A stretch of 15,220 nt of DNA from Myxococcota bacterium (GCA_036337435.1 JAYZEG010000085.1:1-15220); one strand, 5' to 3'; positions 1 to 8,094 are shown, numbered from the stretch's first letter. Notes: a model not told the origin generated them from the sequence alone. Numbers and translations: made by a program.

Positions 1-389
1 CGTCGACGATCGTCAATGGTCCAAGAAAAGCTCAACGACCGCATCAAGAGGTATTTTGTTATTTCCGATGCGCCGTCCTTCAATCCGGCCAGCACATGCT
101 CGAAAGCACCCCGGTCGTCCCCTTTTAATCCGGCTAAGCGACTGGCAATGCTGTGACTCGCTGCGCTTTCAGGGGCGATTTTCATTGCATCACTGACCGC
201 TGATTCGAGTCCTTCCGGGCTTTCAGCAGAAAAATAGCTTTCCAGCGCAGTGAGGAGCGACGCCTGGTCCGAGACCGCAGCGGGTTTTAGAGTCAGCGGG
301 ACGCGAGTTTGCTGTGCACCACATCCGCAGAGTAAAAGCGTAAGAAAGACCCATTGGTTCGGAGACCTACCCACTGAAAACCTCTTCAA
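1..389 (-). CDS. Putative lipoprotein, N-terminal part (runs off the window start)
   Basis: Not in the ORF track; my translation. Open frame from TTG at 389 (alternative GTG at 374) to the window edge: MKRFSVGRSPNQWVFLTLLLCGCGAQQTRVPLTLKP... Basic N-terminus, hydrophobic stretch and lipobox-like LCG|C, then helical-looking sequence. Starts 4 nt after the stop of the upstream co-oriented gene. Confidence 0.75.
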   Translation of the reverse strand, partial: MKRFSVGRSPNQWVFLTLLLCGCGAQQTRVPLTLKPAAVSDQASLLTALESYFSAESPEGLESAVSDAMKIAPESAASHSIASRLAGLKGDDRGAFEHVLAGLKDGASEITKYLLMRSLSFSWTIDDRR

Positions 390-393
390 TTTG

Positions 394-906
394 CTACAAT
401 CCTTTTAACCGATTCACCAAGGCCACCGATCGTGACTGCACTCGCGGATCAAACGACGTGAATTCGAGGCCTTTGAGTCGCTCAATGAATCGGTTCTTGC
501 GTGGCAACGGCAAGCCTCGATCTAAATATTCCCCAATCATCGTCAACACATTGGCCAGCACTGCGTCCTTTGGGTGCTGAAGTGCCTGAAGCCAAAACTC
601 AGGGTCTTCCGGCATATCAAATTTCTTTAAGAATTTATCTAAGGTTCTCTCCAGGGCACGCCCCCCCTTGGACTCTCGAATATCCCGCAAGAGCTGTTGG
701 CGTTCGCTCGGCCCTTTATCATGGCCTGCCGGCAATTTGTCCTTCAGGTGTGCAGGGACCACGCCCTTGTCGAAAAACGCGTCCAGCTGTCGTTTATAAT
801 TGGCTGTCGCACTCTCGACTCGAGCTTGCCGCTGACCCCCCGAGGGCCGATCTGACCGCCCGTCTCTTTGTCGATCGATTTCTTTCCAGCTTTTCTTGTC
901 GGACAC
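394..906 (-). CDS. Hypothetical basic, helical protein (170 aa)
   Basis: Track ORF 394..978 re-started at GTG 906 because AGGAG lies 8 nt upstream. Begins (M)SDKKSWKEIDRQRDGRS; rich in Lys/Arg; no catalytic motif recognised. Confidence 0.8.
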   Translation of the reverse strand: MSDKKSWKEIDRQRDGRSDRPSGGQRQARVESATANYKRQLDAFFDKGVVPAHLKDKLPAGHDKGPSERQQLLRDIRESKGGRALERTLDKFLKKFDMPEDPEFWLQALQHPKDAVLANVLTMIGEYLDRGLPLPRKNRFIERLKGLEFTSFDPRVQSRSVALVNRLKGL

Positions 907-1014
907 CCGTCTCGCTCCTATTTTTGTGCTCGGCCACAACATAACTCGACAAACCAGCGGCAGCAACGGGCTAATCATTGAAAGCAGCCGTCTTGTGACC
1001 GACAGAGTCGTCCA

Positions 1015-1045
1015 GGCATCTAGTACAAGCCGGCCTCTAGATGCC
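1015..1045. repeat. Perfect 9-bp inverted repeat GGCATCTAG-N13-CTAGATGCC in the divergent intergenic region
   Basis: Read directly: 1015-1023 is the reverse complement of 1037-1045. Function unknown. Confidence 0.7.
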
Positions 1046-1057
1046 CACCCCCCTCGT

Positions 1058-1096
1058 GAGCCGTGAATTGAAATGAGATGACGGCTCGATTAAGGT
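1058..1096 (+). promoter_or_regulatory. Candidate sigma70-type promoter for the MoxR-VWA operon, overlapped by a 7-bp inverted repeat
   Basis: TTGAAA (1068-1073), 17-nt spacer, TAAGGT (1091-1096). GAGCCGT (1058-1064) and ACGGCTC (1081-1087) bracket the -35 box. Confidence 0.4.
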
Positions 1097-1122
1097 TTTG
1101 TGGTATGTAGCCGCCCTATGAG

Positions 1123-1962
1123 ATGGAGAAAGCTGTGTTTACTAATTTTACCGGAACGGAAAACTACATCGCGTCGATCGAACTCCGAGAGGCGGTGAAC
1201 GTCGCGCTGGCTCTGGAACGCCCCCTCTTGATCAAGGGTGAGCCGGGAACCGGCAAGACCCTACTTGCCGAGGCGGTCCGTGATGCCCTAAAGCGGCCCT
1301 TACACACCTGGCATGTGAAGAGTACATCCCGTGCCCAGGACGGCCTGTACGTCTACGATGCTGTCCAGCGACTACACGACAGTCGATTCGGCGATAAAGA
1401 TGTCGGAGACATACGCCAGTACATTCGGTTTGGCGCCCTAGGGCAGGCGTTTGTTAACGAGGAAGAGAGCATCGTCCTCATCGATGAAATCGATAAGGCA
1501 GACTTGGAGTTTCCCAATGACCTGCTACACGAACTCGACAAAATGGCGTTCACGGTTCTGGAGACCGGCGATAACCATGTGGCCCAGCATCGCCCACTCG
1601 TTATCATCACCAGCAACAATGAGAAGGAATTACCTGATGCGTTTCTCAGGCGGTGTATCTTCCATTTCATTGCGTTCCCCGATGAAGACCTCATGGCCGA
1701 TATCGTTAGGGTTCATCACCCAAAGGTAAAGCAAACGCTCATCGACGAGGCCATCGCCCGTTTTTACTGGCTCCGGAACATCCCCGACCTTCGCAAAGCA
1801 CCGTCTACCAGCGAGCTCATCGACTGGATCAGTGCGCTTATTAAAGGCGGGGTGACGGAAGATGAACTGGCTCATCGCGTCCCGTTCCTAGGGACTTTGC
1901 TCAAAAAAGAGCAAGACTTAGACACCTTGGAAAGGTTCAAAAACCGTCGAGGACGGATGTAG
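1123..1962 (+). CDS. MoxR-family AAA+ ATPase (resembles the PA2707 subfamily)
   Basis: Walker A GEPGTGKT, Walker B VLIDEIDKAD, sensor/Arg-finger TSNNEKELPDAFLRRC, subfamily-like WHVKSTSRAQDGLYVYDAVQRL and PSTSELIDW; followed 2 nt later by a VWA gene. Confidence 0.95.
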   Translation: MEKAVFTNFTGTENYIASIELREAVNVALALERPLLIKGEPGTGKTLLAEAVRDALKRPLHTWHVKSTSRAQDGLYVYDAVQRLHDSRFGDKDVGDIRQYIRFGALGQAFVNEEESIVLIDEIDKADLEFPNDLLHELDKMAFTVLETGDNHVAQHRPLVIITSNNEKELPDAFLRRCIFHFIAFPDEDLMADIVRVHHPKVKQTLIDEAIARFYWLRNIPDLRKAPSTSELIDWISALIKGGVTEDELAHRVPFLGTLLKKEQDLDTLERFKNRRGRM

Positions 1963-1964
1963 GC

Positions 1965-3167
1965 ATGAGTGCCGCAATACCAAGCCCTCCCCAAGCAGGA
2001 AGGCTGTTTCTCGAGTTCTTTTATTTGGTCCGAAGCGTGGGCATACCCGCATCCAGCCGGGAATGGCTGATGTTCTCAGAAGCCCTAGAAAAGGGGCTTG
2101 TGGCAGCCGACTTGTACCGTTTTTACGCGATAGCGCGAGCGACTCTGGTCAAAAGCGAGCAACATTACGATCTCTTCGACCAGTGTTTTACCCATTATTT
2201 TGCGGGTGCCGATAAACCTCGAGCGTTTCAAAAAGCTCTCGACCAATGGCTTCAAACACCAATCGAAATGCCCCAACTGTCGGAGGACCAGTTGGCGTTA
2301 CTGGAAAAACACGACCTGGAGACCCTTCAGAAGATGTTTGAAGAACGTCTTGCGGAGCAAAACGAGCGCCATGACGGGGGCAACAAGTGGATTGGGACTG
2401 GAGGTACAAGCCCCTTTGGACACGGTGGGCAAAATCCTGCTGGCATTAGAGTGGGTGGTGCTGGTGGCGGCAGAAGTGCGGTGCAGATCGCTGCGAAGCG
2501 GCGCTTTAGGTCGTACCGAAATGACTTGGTTTTGGACACGCGACAAATTGGAATGGCACTCCGAAAGCTTCGGCGCTTAGGTCGCGAGGGCGCACGCACT
2601 GAAATCGATATTGATGAAACCATCAGTGCAACGGCAAAAAATGCTGGTGATTTGGATATTTGCTTTGCGCCGCCGAGAGAAAATCGCTTGAAAGTGTGCC
2701 TTCTCATGGACGTCGGAGGCTCCATGGATCCCTTCGCCCGCCTGGTCAGTCAGCTGTTTAGCGCGGCCCATCAGGCCACACACTTCCGTGAATTCCACTC
2801 GTTCTATTTTCACAACTGTATCTACGAAGAAGTCTATCGCCACGCGCATCTAAAAGACGGTATGTCGACAGTCGAGCTGATGCGCTGGCTGCAACCAGAG
2901 ACACGTCTGATCGTGGTCGGTGATGCTCACATGGCACCTTACGAGCTGGTCTCAGTCTATGGAGCCATCGACTATTGGCATCAGAATGAAACCTCTGGTC
3001 TCGACTGGTTGAAGAGGCTCGATGGCCACTTTAACAAATGCGCATGGCTAAACCCCATTCAAAAGCGCTACTGGGGTCATCCCACAATCCGCATGGTCTC
3101 TGAAGTCTTTCCCATGCATGAACTCACACTGAAGGGGCTCGAGGGTGCCATTAGCGACCTTCATTAG
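1965..3167 (+). CDS. VWA-domain (CoxE-like) partner of the MoxR ATPase
   Basis: MIDAS-like LMDVGGSMD, Gly-rich HDGGNKWIGTGGTSPFGHGG, YFHNCIYE, VGDAHMAPYEL and WLNP motifs; typical operon position after a MoxR ATPase. Confidence 0.92.
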   Translation: MSAAIPSPPQAGRLFLEFFYLVRSVGIPASSREWLMFSEALEKGLVAADLYRFYAIARATLVKSEQHYDLFDQCFTHYFAGADKPRAFQKALDQWLQTPIEMPQLSEDQLALLEKHDLETLQKMFEERLAEQNERHDGGNKWIGTGGTSPFGHGGQNPAGIRVGGAGGGRSAVQIAAKRRFRSYRNDLVLDTRQIGMALRKLRRLGREGARTEIDIDETISATAKNAGDLDICFAPPRENRLKVCLLMDVGGSMDPFARLVSQLFSAAHQATHFREFHSFYFHNCIYEEVYRHAHLKDGMSTVELMRWLQPETRLIVVGDAHMAPYELVSVYGAIDYWHQNETSGLDWLKRLDGHFNKCAWLNPIQKRYWGHPTIRMVSEVFPMHELTLKGLEGAISDLH

Positions 3168-3183
3168 GTTGAAAATGGCCGAC

Positions 3184-3483
3184 TCAGACTCGGAAATTCC
3201 ATGCTTTCTTGAAGGCTACGATCGGCTGTAGTACCTCGTCGACATAAGCGCGGTGTCTCGGATGAACGATGTAGTCGTCGACCTCTTTTGCTGTCCGGAA
3301 TAGAACTTCAAGCATGAGGTCCCAAGAACGCCGTGATTCCCCCTCCAATGTTTGCGAAACATGGACGGATTGTACCTGAGGAATCTCGCCGAAGAATGCG
3401 ATGGTTTTGGCGGTGAAGTCGGCCAACCAGTCTGCTGAAATCGTCGATTCATGAAGCTTAAGCAAGACTATTCTCTTAATCAT
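3184..3483 (-). CDS. Dabb family (stress-responsive A/B barrel) protein, 99 aa
   Basis: Re-started at ATG 3483, which has a strong AAGGAGG SD. MIKRIVLLKL N-terminus, IPQV, and F....EVDDYIVHPRH motif match the Dabb pattern. Confidence 0.88.
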   Translation of the reverse strand: MIKRIVLLKLHESTISADWLADFTAKTIAFFGEIPQVQSVHVSQTLEGESRRSWDLMLEVLFRTAKEVDDYIVHPRHRAYVDEVLQPIVAFKKAWNFRV

Positions 3484-3624
3484 CTCTGCCTCCTTTTTGA
3501 CGTCATGTTTCACTCAGCTAGACAGACCGGTGAAAGCAAGATGTTAACGCTACGGTGAAGCCCCTAAAAGCACAAAGGGAAAAGAATGCCAACTCACGTG
3601 TTTCGTGCGCCGTGTGGGCCACCA

Positions 3625-4416
3625 TCAACTGGAGGGGTACTCGGACTCGACATCAGCCAGGGCTTGCCGACAGGCTACCCAGACCTTCACTCGCCCAGTG
3701 CGCAATAGATTCTTCTCTAGCGCATGGGCCAAATCGCTCTTGGTCGATGCCGGTAGACTCCGACAACGACGGGCTAAGCGCTCGGCCGTCATTGGCGATA
3801 CAAGTGCGAATTGCGTCCCGACTTCATTGGCAAATTGAGGTGCCCGGAAAAGAAAATCAGGAATCCAACTTATGGCATCAGGCAGCTCTGATGGGTCTAA
3901 CGACCGCCAAGCGAGCCCCTGCAGAGACGGTCGTTGCGCCGCATGCGCTTTGGCACGGCCAAGGATCGGGTCTCCGGGTATACAGGTCGTCAAGAGGAAT
4001 TCTATGGCCAACCAGCTCAATGAATAGCCGGCCATCTCCCCGAGCGGACGCTCCCTTTCGACAGCCTCAAAACGGAGTTTTCGTGTCTCACTCTGACCTC
4101 GGTCTCCGCCGACCATATACCCATCAAACAACTCAGGGTCTGCCTCGACTCGTTCCATCAGGGCATGCCTGAGTCCGCGAAGTTCGAGTCGTTCAGCCGT
4201 GTACAAGGCCAATTCTAGACATGTCCCCTCGCCCGTCTCAATAAAGTGAGTGACAAGGTCTTCGAGGGCGTTCGCCAAACCGTTATCCGCGATTGCCGCG
4301 CGCAGCAGCCATGGCCGCTTATCCGGCTGCAGCCGCAATGTGGCCTCCATATCGCTGGCATCTGGAGTCTTGACGCCCTCGAATAAAAAAGGTGTATAGC
4401 TATGTCGAAAGTCCAT
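3625..4416 (-). CDS. Hypothetical protein (about 263 aa, Ala/Leu-rich, probably helical)
   Basis: Long ORF filling the space between neighbours. Start moved to ATG 4416 (MDFRHSYTPFLFEG) because the longer track start overlaps the divergent gene at 4499. No family recognised; start uncertain. Confidence 0.7.
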   Translation of the reverse strand: MDFRHSYTPFLFEGVKTPDASDMEATLRLQPDKRPWLLRAAIADNGLANALEDLVTHFIETGEGTCLELALYTAERLELRGLRHALMERVEADPELFDGYMVGGDRGQSETRKLRFEAVERERPLGEMAGYSLSWLAIEFLLTTCIPGDPILGRAKAHAAQRPSLQGLAWRSLDPSELPDAISWIPDFLFRAPQFANEVGTQFALVSPMTAERLARRCRSLPASTKSDLAHALEKNLLRTGRVKVWVACRQALADVESEYPSS

Positions 4417-4498
4417 TGAAACGCTTTCTTGAGATGGGCATGCTAGGCATCGAGAGCAGCCTTTACTCACCAGACGACCAAATAGCCAGGAGTCCATA

Positions 4499-4801
4499 AT
4501 GCATGACACAGGCCATCAAGGACTATTCGCATTCGATGGAGACCGATTTCATCATCTGATCCAAGAGACGCCAGAACTCGATCACGCCGCCTGGTTCGAA
4601 AGTATAGGCCTGCCCTCATCCGGTCCAGAATACGATGCCATCCTTCGGGGTAAAGTGTATCATGATATCGACAGTGATAAGATTTATCTGGGCTATTATG
4701 GGACCGCATACCTGAGCAATCAGCGATATGAGACCATCGCGCGTATCTTCGAGCTCGACGAGACGCGAATTGTCGAGAAAATGCTGAACGAGCCATACTA
4801 G
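4499..4801 (+). CDS. Small acidic hypothetical protein (100 aa)
   Basis: AGGAG 7 nt before the ATG; protein-like composition (DHAAWF...EYDAILRGKVYHD); ends 5 nt before the convergent J-protein stop. Confidence 0.78.
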   Translation: MHDTGHQGLFAFDGDRFHHLIQETPELDHAAWFESIGLPSSGPEYDAILRGKVYHDIDSDKIYLGYYGTAYLSNQRYETIARIFELDETRIVEKMLNEPY

Positions 4802-4806
4802 CCGGC

Positions 4807-5751
4807 TTAACTCTCCTCGACCGTCTCGGTTTCATCGATAACATTTGCCACGTAGTACGGTTCCATTTCCCGCGCCAACCGGAGACATTCATCGTCAAGG
4901 GTATCGGGTATCTGTATCATCACCCGGACATAGAGATTTCCGCGTCCACCCTTTTGAGTCATTCCTTTGCCACGGAGACGAAGTTTCTGACCGCTGCGAC
5001 AACCGCTGGGCAGGGCTAACCTCACCATGCTGCCTTCCGGTGTCAGTACGTCAACCTTTCCACCTTCCATTGCCTGTAGGACCGAAATAGGCAAGTCGAG
5101 ATAAAGGTCAGCACCGTCCTGGTCAAAGCCGGGGGGCGACGCGACTCGGATGACGGCAATGAGGTCACCTGAACCGCCGTGTCCGCGTTCCCCCTTCCCT
5201 TTCAGTCTCATCTTCTGGCCATCGGCGACCCCTGGTGGAATCTTCAACGTCACGGCAAAGCGACCCAAGCGAACGTCTCGCCCAACCAAGGCATCACGTA
5301 GACTGATCGTCACCTCCTGTTCGATGTTGCGACCCCGTCGCTGTACCCGAGGCCCGAAGCCACCTTGGCCACCAAAACCACCTTGGCCAAAAAGGCTGCC
5401 CAGTATGTCTTCGAAGTCGCCGAAGCCACCAAAGCCTCCATGGCCCCCCTGAAAACCGCTGCCAAAACCCTGCCCAAAGCGACCAGCCCACTGTTGATAA
5501 TTACGGGCTGCATCTGGATCAAAGCCATCCCGGAGGCCGTCGGGGCCAAACTCATCGTAGGCTGCCTTTTTCTTGGTATCACCAAGCACAGCAAAAGCCG
5601 CGGAAACAGCCTTAAACTTTGACTCGGCCCCGGGGCTTGAATTTCGATCTGGGTGGTATTCCCGTGCCAGCCGTCGGTACGCCTTTTTGATTTCATCATC
5701 TGATGCCGTACGACTTACGCCCAAAATGCCATAAAGGTCTTGATCTGCCAC
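4807..5751 (-). CDS. Class B J-domain co-chaperone (DnaJ/CbpA-like, no zinc finger), 314 aa
   Basis: Re-started at GTG 5751 ((M)ADQDLYGILGV). J-domain with YHPD, G/F-rich linker with DFEDILGSLFG, no CxxCxGxG repeats, C-terminal domains KIPPGVADGQKMRLKGKG and SGQKLRLRGKG...GNLYV. Confidence 0.93.
   Translation of the reverse strand: MADQDLYGILGVSRTASDDEIKKAYRRLAREYHPDRNSSPGAESKFKAVSAAFAVLGDTKKKAAYDEFGPDGLRDGFDPDAARNYQQWAGRFGQGFGSGFQGGHGGFGGFGDFEDILGSLFGQGGFGGQGGFGPRVQRRGRNIEQEVTISLRDALVGRDVRLGRFAVTLKIPPGVADGQKMRLKGKGERGHGGSGDLIAVIRVASPPGFDQDGADLYLDLPISVLQAMEGGKVDVLTPEGSMVRLALPSGCRSGQKLRLRGKGMTQKGGRGNLYVRVMIQIPDTLDDECLRLAREMEPYYVANVIDETETVEES
5360..5389. repeat. Short direct repeat (CCACCTTGGCCA x2, 18-nt period) encoding GQGGFG repeats of the G/F linker
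   Basis: Copies at 5360-5371 and 5378-5389 inside the J-protein gene. Confidence 0.7.
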
Positions 5752-5783
5752 AATTTCATCCGTTGTTCGCACTAATGAGGGCC

Positions 5784-5812
5784 AATCTAAGCACCAAATG
5801 GCGCAAGGGCAA
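5784..5812 (-). promoter_or_regulatory. Candidate sigma70-type promoter for the J-domain gene
   Basis: Minus strand TTGCCC (5812-5807), 17-nt spacer, TAGATT (5789-5784), about 30 nt upstream of the GTG start. Confidence 0.3.
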
Positions 5813-5903
5813 CCCCACAAAGCGGACTCTCTCCTCAATGCGAGGTTTACTGTGGGTCCAATATTCGGTAGGACTCAAGAGTATTGCCCGAGGGAGAGCC
5901 ACA

Positions 5904-6986
5904 GTGAAACGCTACAGTGCATACGAATTCCCAGAATACATCGACTGGACGCCCGATGACGAGGCCCAAAGGGAATTTCGACAACTGGTGGCAGCTGGGC
6001 CTCGAGCCGCGGTGATCGCCGACATTACAACAGAGAAACTGCTGGACCTCTACCGTGGGTTGGTCGCCGCACGCCTTCATGATATCCAACTCAAGCGTTG
6101 GGTCAAACAAGGTGTCATCACAAAAGCATGGCTTGGAAGTGGCGAAGAGGCTGTTACGGTCGGAACGTGTGCCGCTCTTGACGTGGGTGACGCTGTCGGG
6201 CCCATGATTCGAAATGCTGCGGCACTCATCGAACGGGGCGTTCCTCTTCTCGACTGTTTCTCATCATACCTTGGCACGACGGACAACATCACCAATGGAC
6301 GAGACCTACACATCGGCGACCCGTCGCGCGGTGTGATTCCTCCAATCAGTCACGTCGGCGACCTCGTCCCCGTAATGACGGGCTGCGCTTTGGGTTTTAA
6401 ACTTCGCGGAGAAAAACACGTTGCGCTCACCTGGACAGGCGATGGGTCAACAGCGACGGGCGCGGTCCACGAAGGCCTTAAGATGGCCGTCGCTTTGAAA
6501 GCACCTCTCATCTGTGTGATCCAAAACAATCAAGTCGCCCTGGGTACCCGTGTCGACGATGGTGAGGTTGGCAATTTCAGTGCGTATGGTGATGCATACG
6601 GCGCAAAGCTAATCGAGATGAACGGCAACCACATTCTTGACGTTTACGCCGCATCACTGGAGGCAGTAGCAGCCTGTCGTGATGAGTCTGGCCCGGTGAT
6701 TATGGTCGGCCGAACATTCAGGATGGGCGGACATGCCACACACGATGAGCGAGAAGCGCGGGAGCTCTTCGACGATGAGCTGTATGCCTATTGGGGTAAG
6801 CGCGATCCAGTTGGTATGTACGAGACATGGCTGATTGAAGACCGCGGTCTATCGAAAGCTCAATTGACAGACATCGAAGACCAAACACACGCAGCGATTG
6901 AGGCTGCGGCTCGTCTGGCGGTGTCACGTCGAGACTCCCATGCACCGGATCCGGCGACACAGCGCGATGGTGTCTACGCGGAATGA
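5904..6986 (+). CDS. TPP-dependent 2-oxoacid dehydrogenase E1 alpha subunit (substrate uncertain), 360 aa
   Basis: Re-started at GTG 5904 after GAGGGAGAG. TPP-binding motif GDGSTATGAVHEG...IQNN, GSGEEA, active-site loop FRMGGHATHD and W..RDP motif. Confidence 0.92.
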   Translation: MKRYSAYEFPEYIDWTPDDEAQREFRQLVAAGPRAAVIADITTEKLLDLYRGLVAARLHDIQLKRWVKQGVITKAWLGSGEEAVTVGTCAALDVGDAVGPMIRNAAALIERGVPLLDCFSSYLGTTDNITNGRDLHIGDPSRGVIPPISHVGDLVPVMTGCALGFKLRGEKHVALTWTGDGSTATGAVHEGLKMAVALKAPLICVIQNNQVALGTRVDDGEVGNFSAYGDAYGAKLIEMNGNHILDVYAASLEAVAACRDESGPVIMVGRTFRMGGHATHDEREARELFDDELYAYWGKRDPVGMYETWLIEDRGLSKAQLTDIEDQTHAAIEAAARLAVSRRDSHAPDPATQRDGVYAE

Positions 6987-8065
6987 GCAACACGACCGGC
7001 CGATTATTTAGAGCGACCACATTTGGTGAGTCGCACGGCGAGATGATGGGCGTTGTCATCGATGGATGCCCACCAGGGGTCGTCATCGACCTGCCGCAAG
7101 TGCAAGCCGACCTGGACCGCCGCCGGCCTGGCCAAACACACCTGACCACGCCACGCGATGAGCGCGATACGCTGCGGGTTGTTTCAGGGCTCTTTGATGG
7201 AAGCACAACGGGCTCACCATTGACGATTGTTTTCGAAAATCAAGACACACGGTCCCGAGATTATCAGGGAACTAAAGACCTATTTAGACCAGGCCATGCA
7301 GATTATGGCTACCATATGCGCTATGGGGTCCGAGACCATCGTGGTGGTGGCCGTGCGAGTGCAAGAGAAACCATCTCTCGTGTCGCTGCAGGTGCAATCG
7401 GCCGCCAAATACTGCAGGATCGATTTGACATCGATGTCATCGCTTGGGTGAGTTCAGTCGGGTCAATCGAAGCCGCCATCGATGTGATGGAGATCTCTCG
7501 AGCGGATGTCGATTCACATCCCACCCGATGTCCCGACCTCCGAGCTGCAAAGGAAATGGAAGCCAACATCCAAGCGGCAAAAGCAGCGGGTGACACCCTC
7601 GGCGGCTGCGTTTCTGCCGTGGCGAAAGGTGTGCCAGCCGGATGGGGAGCACCGGTCTTTGACAAATTCGAAGCTGATTTAGCGAAAGCATGCCTGTCGT
7701 TGCCGGCTTGCAAAGGATTCGAAATTGGCTCTGGTTTCGCGGGAACACAGATGAAGGGCAGTGACCACAACGATGAGTTTACACTCGATAATGGTCTCGT
7801 CAGCAGTCCAACAAATCACGCCGGCGGCGTTTTGGGTGGCATTACATCTGGACAGCCGATCCAAATCAAATGCGCTTTCAAGCCCGTATCGACTCATTTC
7901 AAGCAGCAACGGACCGTCACCAAAGACTTAGACCCTGTTGAGTTCAAGAACGTGGGGCGTCATGACCCCTGCGTCCTACCCAGGGCGGTCCCACTGGTGG
8001 AAGCCGCTCTTTGGCTTACCTTGACCGACCACTACTTGATTACGCTCTCACTCGGTCGCTCTTAG
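6983..8065 (+). CDS. aroC: Chorismate synthase
   Basis: TTFGESHG, RRRPGQ, RPGHADY, RGGGRASARET, KGFEIGSGF, GGVLGGIT, FKP and GRHDPCVLPRAVP signatures; ATGA overlap with the E1-alpha stop. Confidence 0.98.
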   Translation: MSNTTGRLFRATTFGESHGEMMGVVIDGCPPGVVIDLPQVQADLDRRRPGQTHLTTPRDERDTLRVVSGLFDGSTTGSPLTIVFENQDTRSRDYQGTKDLFRPGHADYGYHMRYGVRDHRGGGRASARETISRVAAGAIGRQILQDRFDIDVIAWVSSVGSIEAAIDVMEISRADVDSHPTRCPDLRAAKEMEANIQAAKAAGDTLGGCVSAVAKGVPAGWGAPVFDKFEADLAKACLSLPACKGFEIGSGFAGTQMKGSDHNDEFTLDNGLVSSPTNHAGGVLGGITSGQPIQIKCAFKPVSTHFKQQRTVTKDLDPVEFKNVGRHDPCVLPRAVPLVEAALWLTLTDHYLITLSLGRS

Positions 8066-8094
8066 ATCCACTCATTGGGGGCAGACAAGCGGCC

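Noticed and set aside
501..944. 147-aa plus-strand ORF, and the many other short track ORFs nested in or antisense to assigned genes
   Set aside because: They overlap better supported genes and show no recognisable motifs.
3555..4172. 205-aa plus-strand ORF
   Set aside because: Antisense shadow of the 263-aa minus-strand gene; R/S/P-rich composition typical of non-coding frames.
4467..4898. 143-aa minus-strand ORF as a CbpM-like partner downstream of the J-protein
   Set aside because: Arg-rich shadow of the 100-aa plus-strand gene, overlapping the J-protein end, with no MerR-like CbpM features.
5760..5785. CIRCE-like half sites upstream of the J-domain gene (minus strand TTGGCCCTC and TAGTGCGAA)
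   Set aside because: Each half has two mismatches to TTAGCACTC/GAGTGCTAA and they are 2 nt apart instead of 9.
5752..5903. TPP riboswitch ahead of the TPP-dependent enzyme
   Set aside because: The conserved CUGAGA and downstream core elements of the TPP aptamer are absent.
5703..5903. N-terminal extensions given by the ORF track for E1-alpha (5703) and the J-protein (5838)
   Set aside because: They would overlap each other head-to-head; family similarity begins at the GTG starts 5904 and 5751.
8066..8094. Intrinsic terminators between convergent genes (also 3168-3183 and 4802-4806)
   Set aside because: No convincing GC-rich hairpin with a U-tract in these short gaps.
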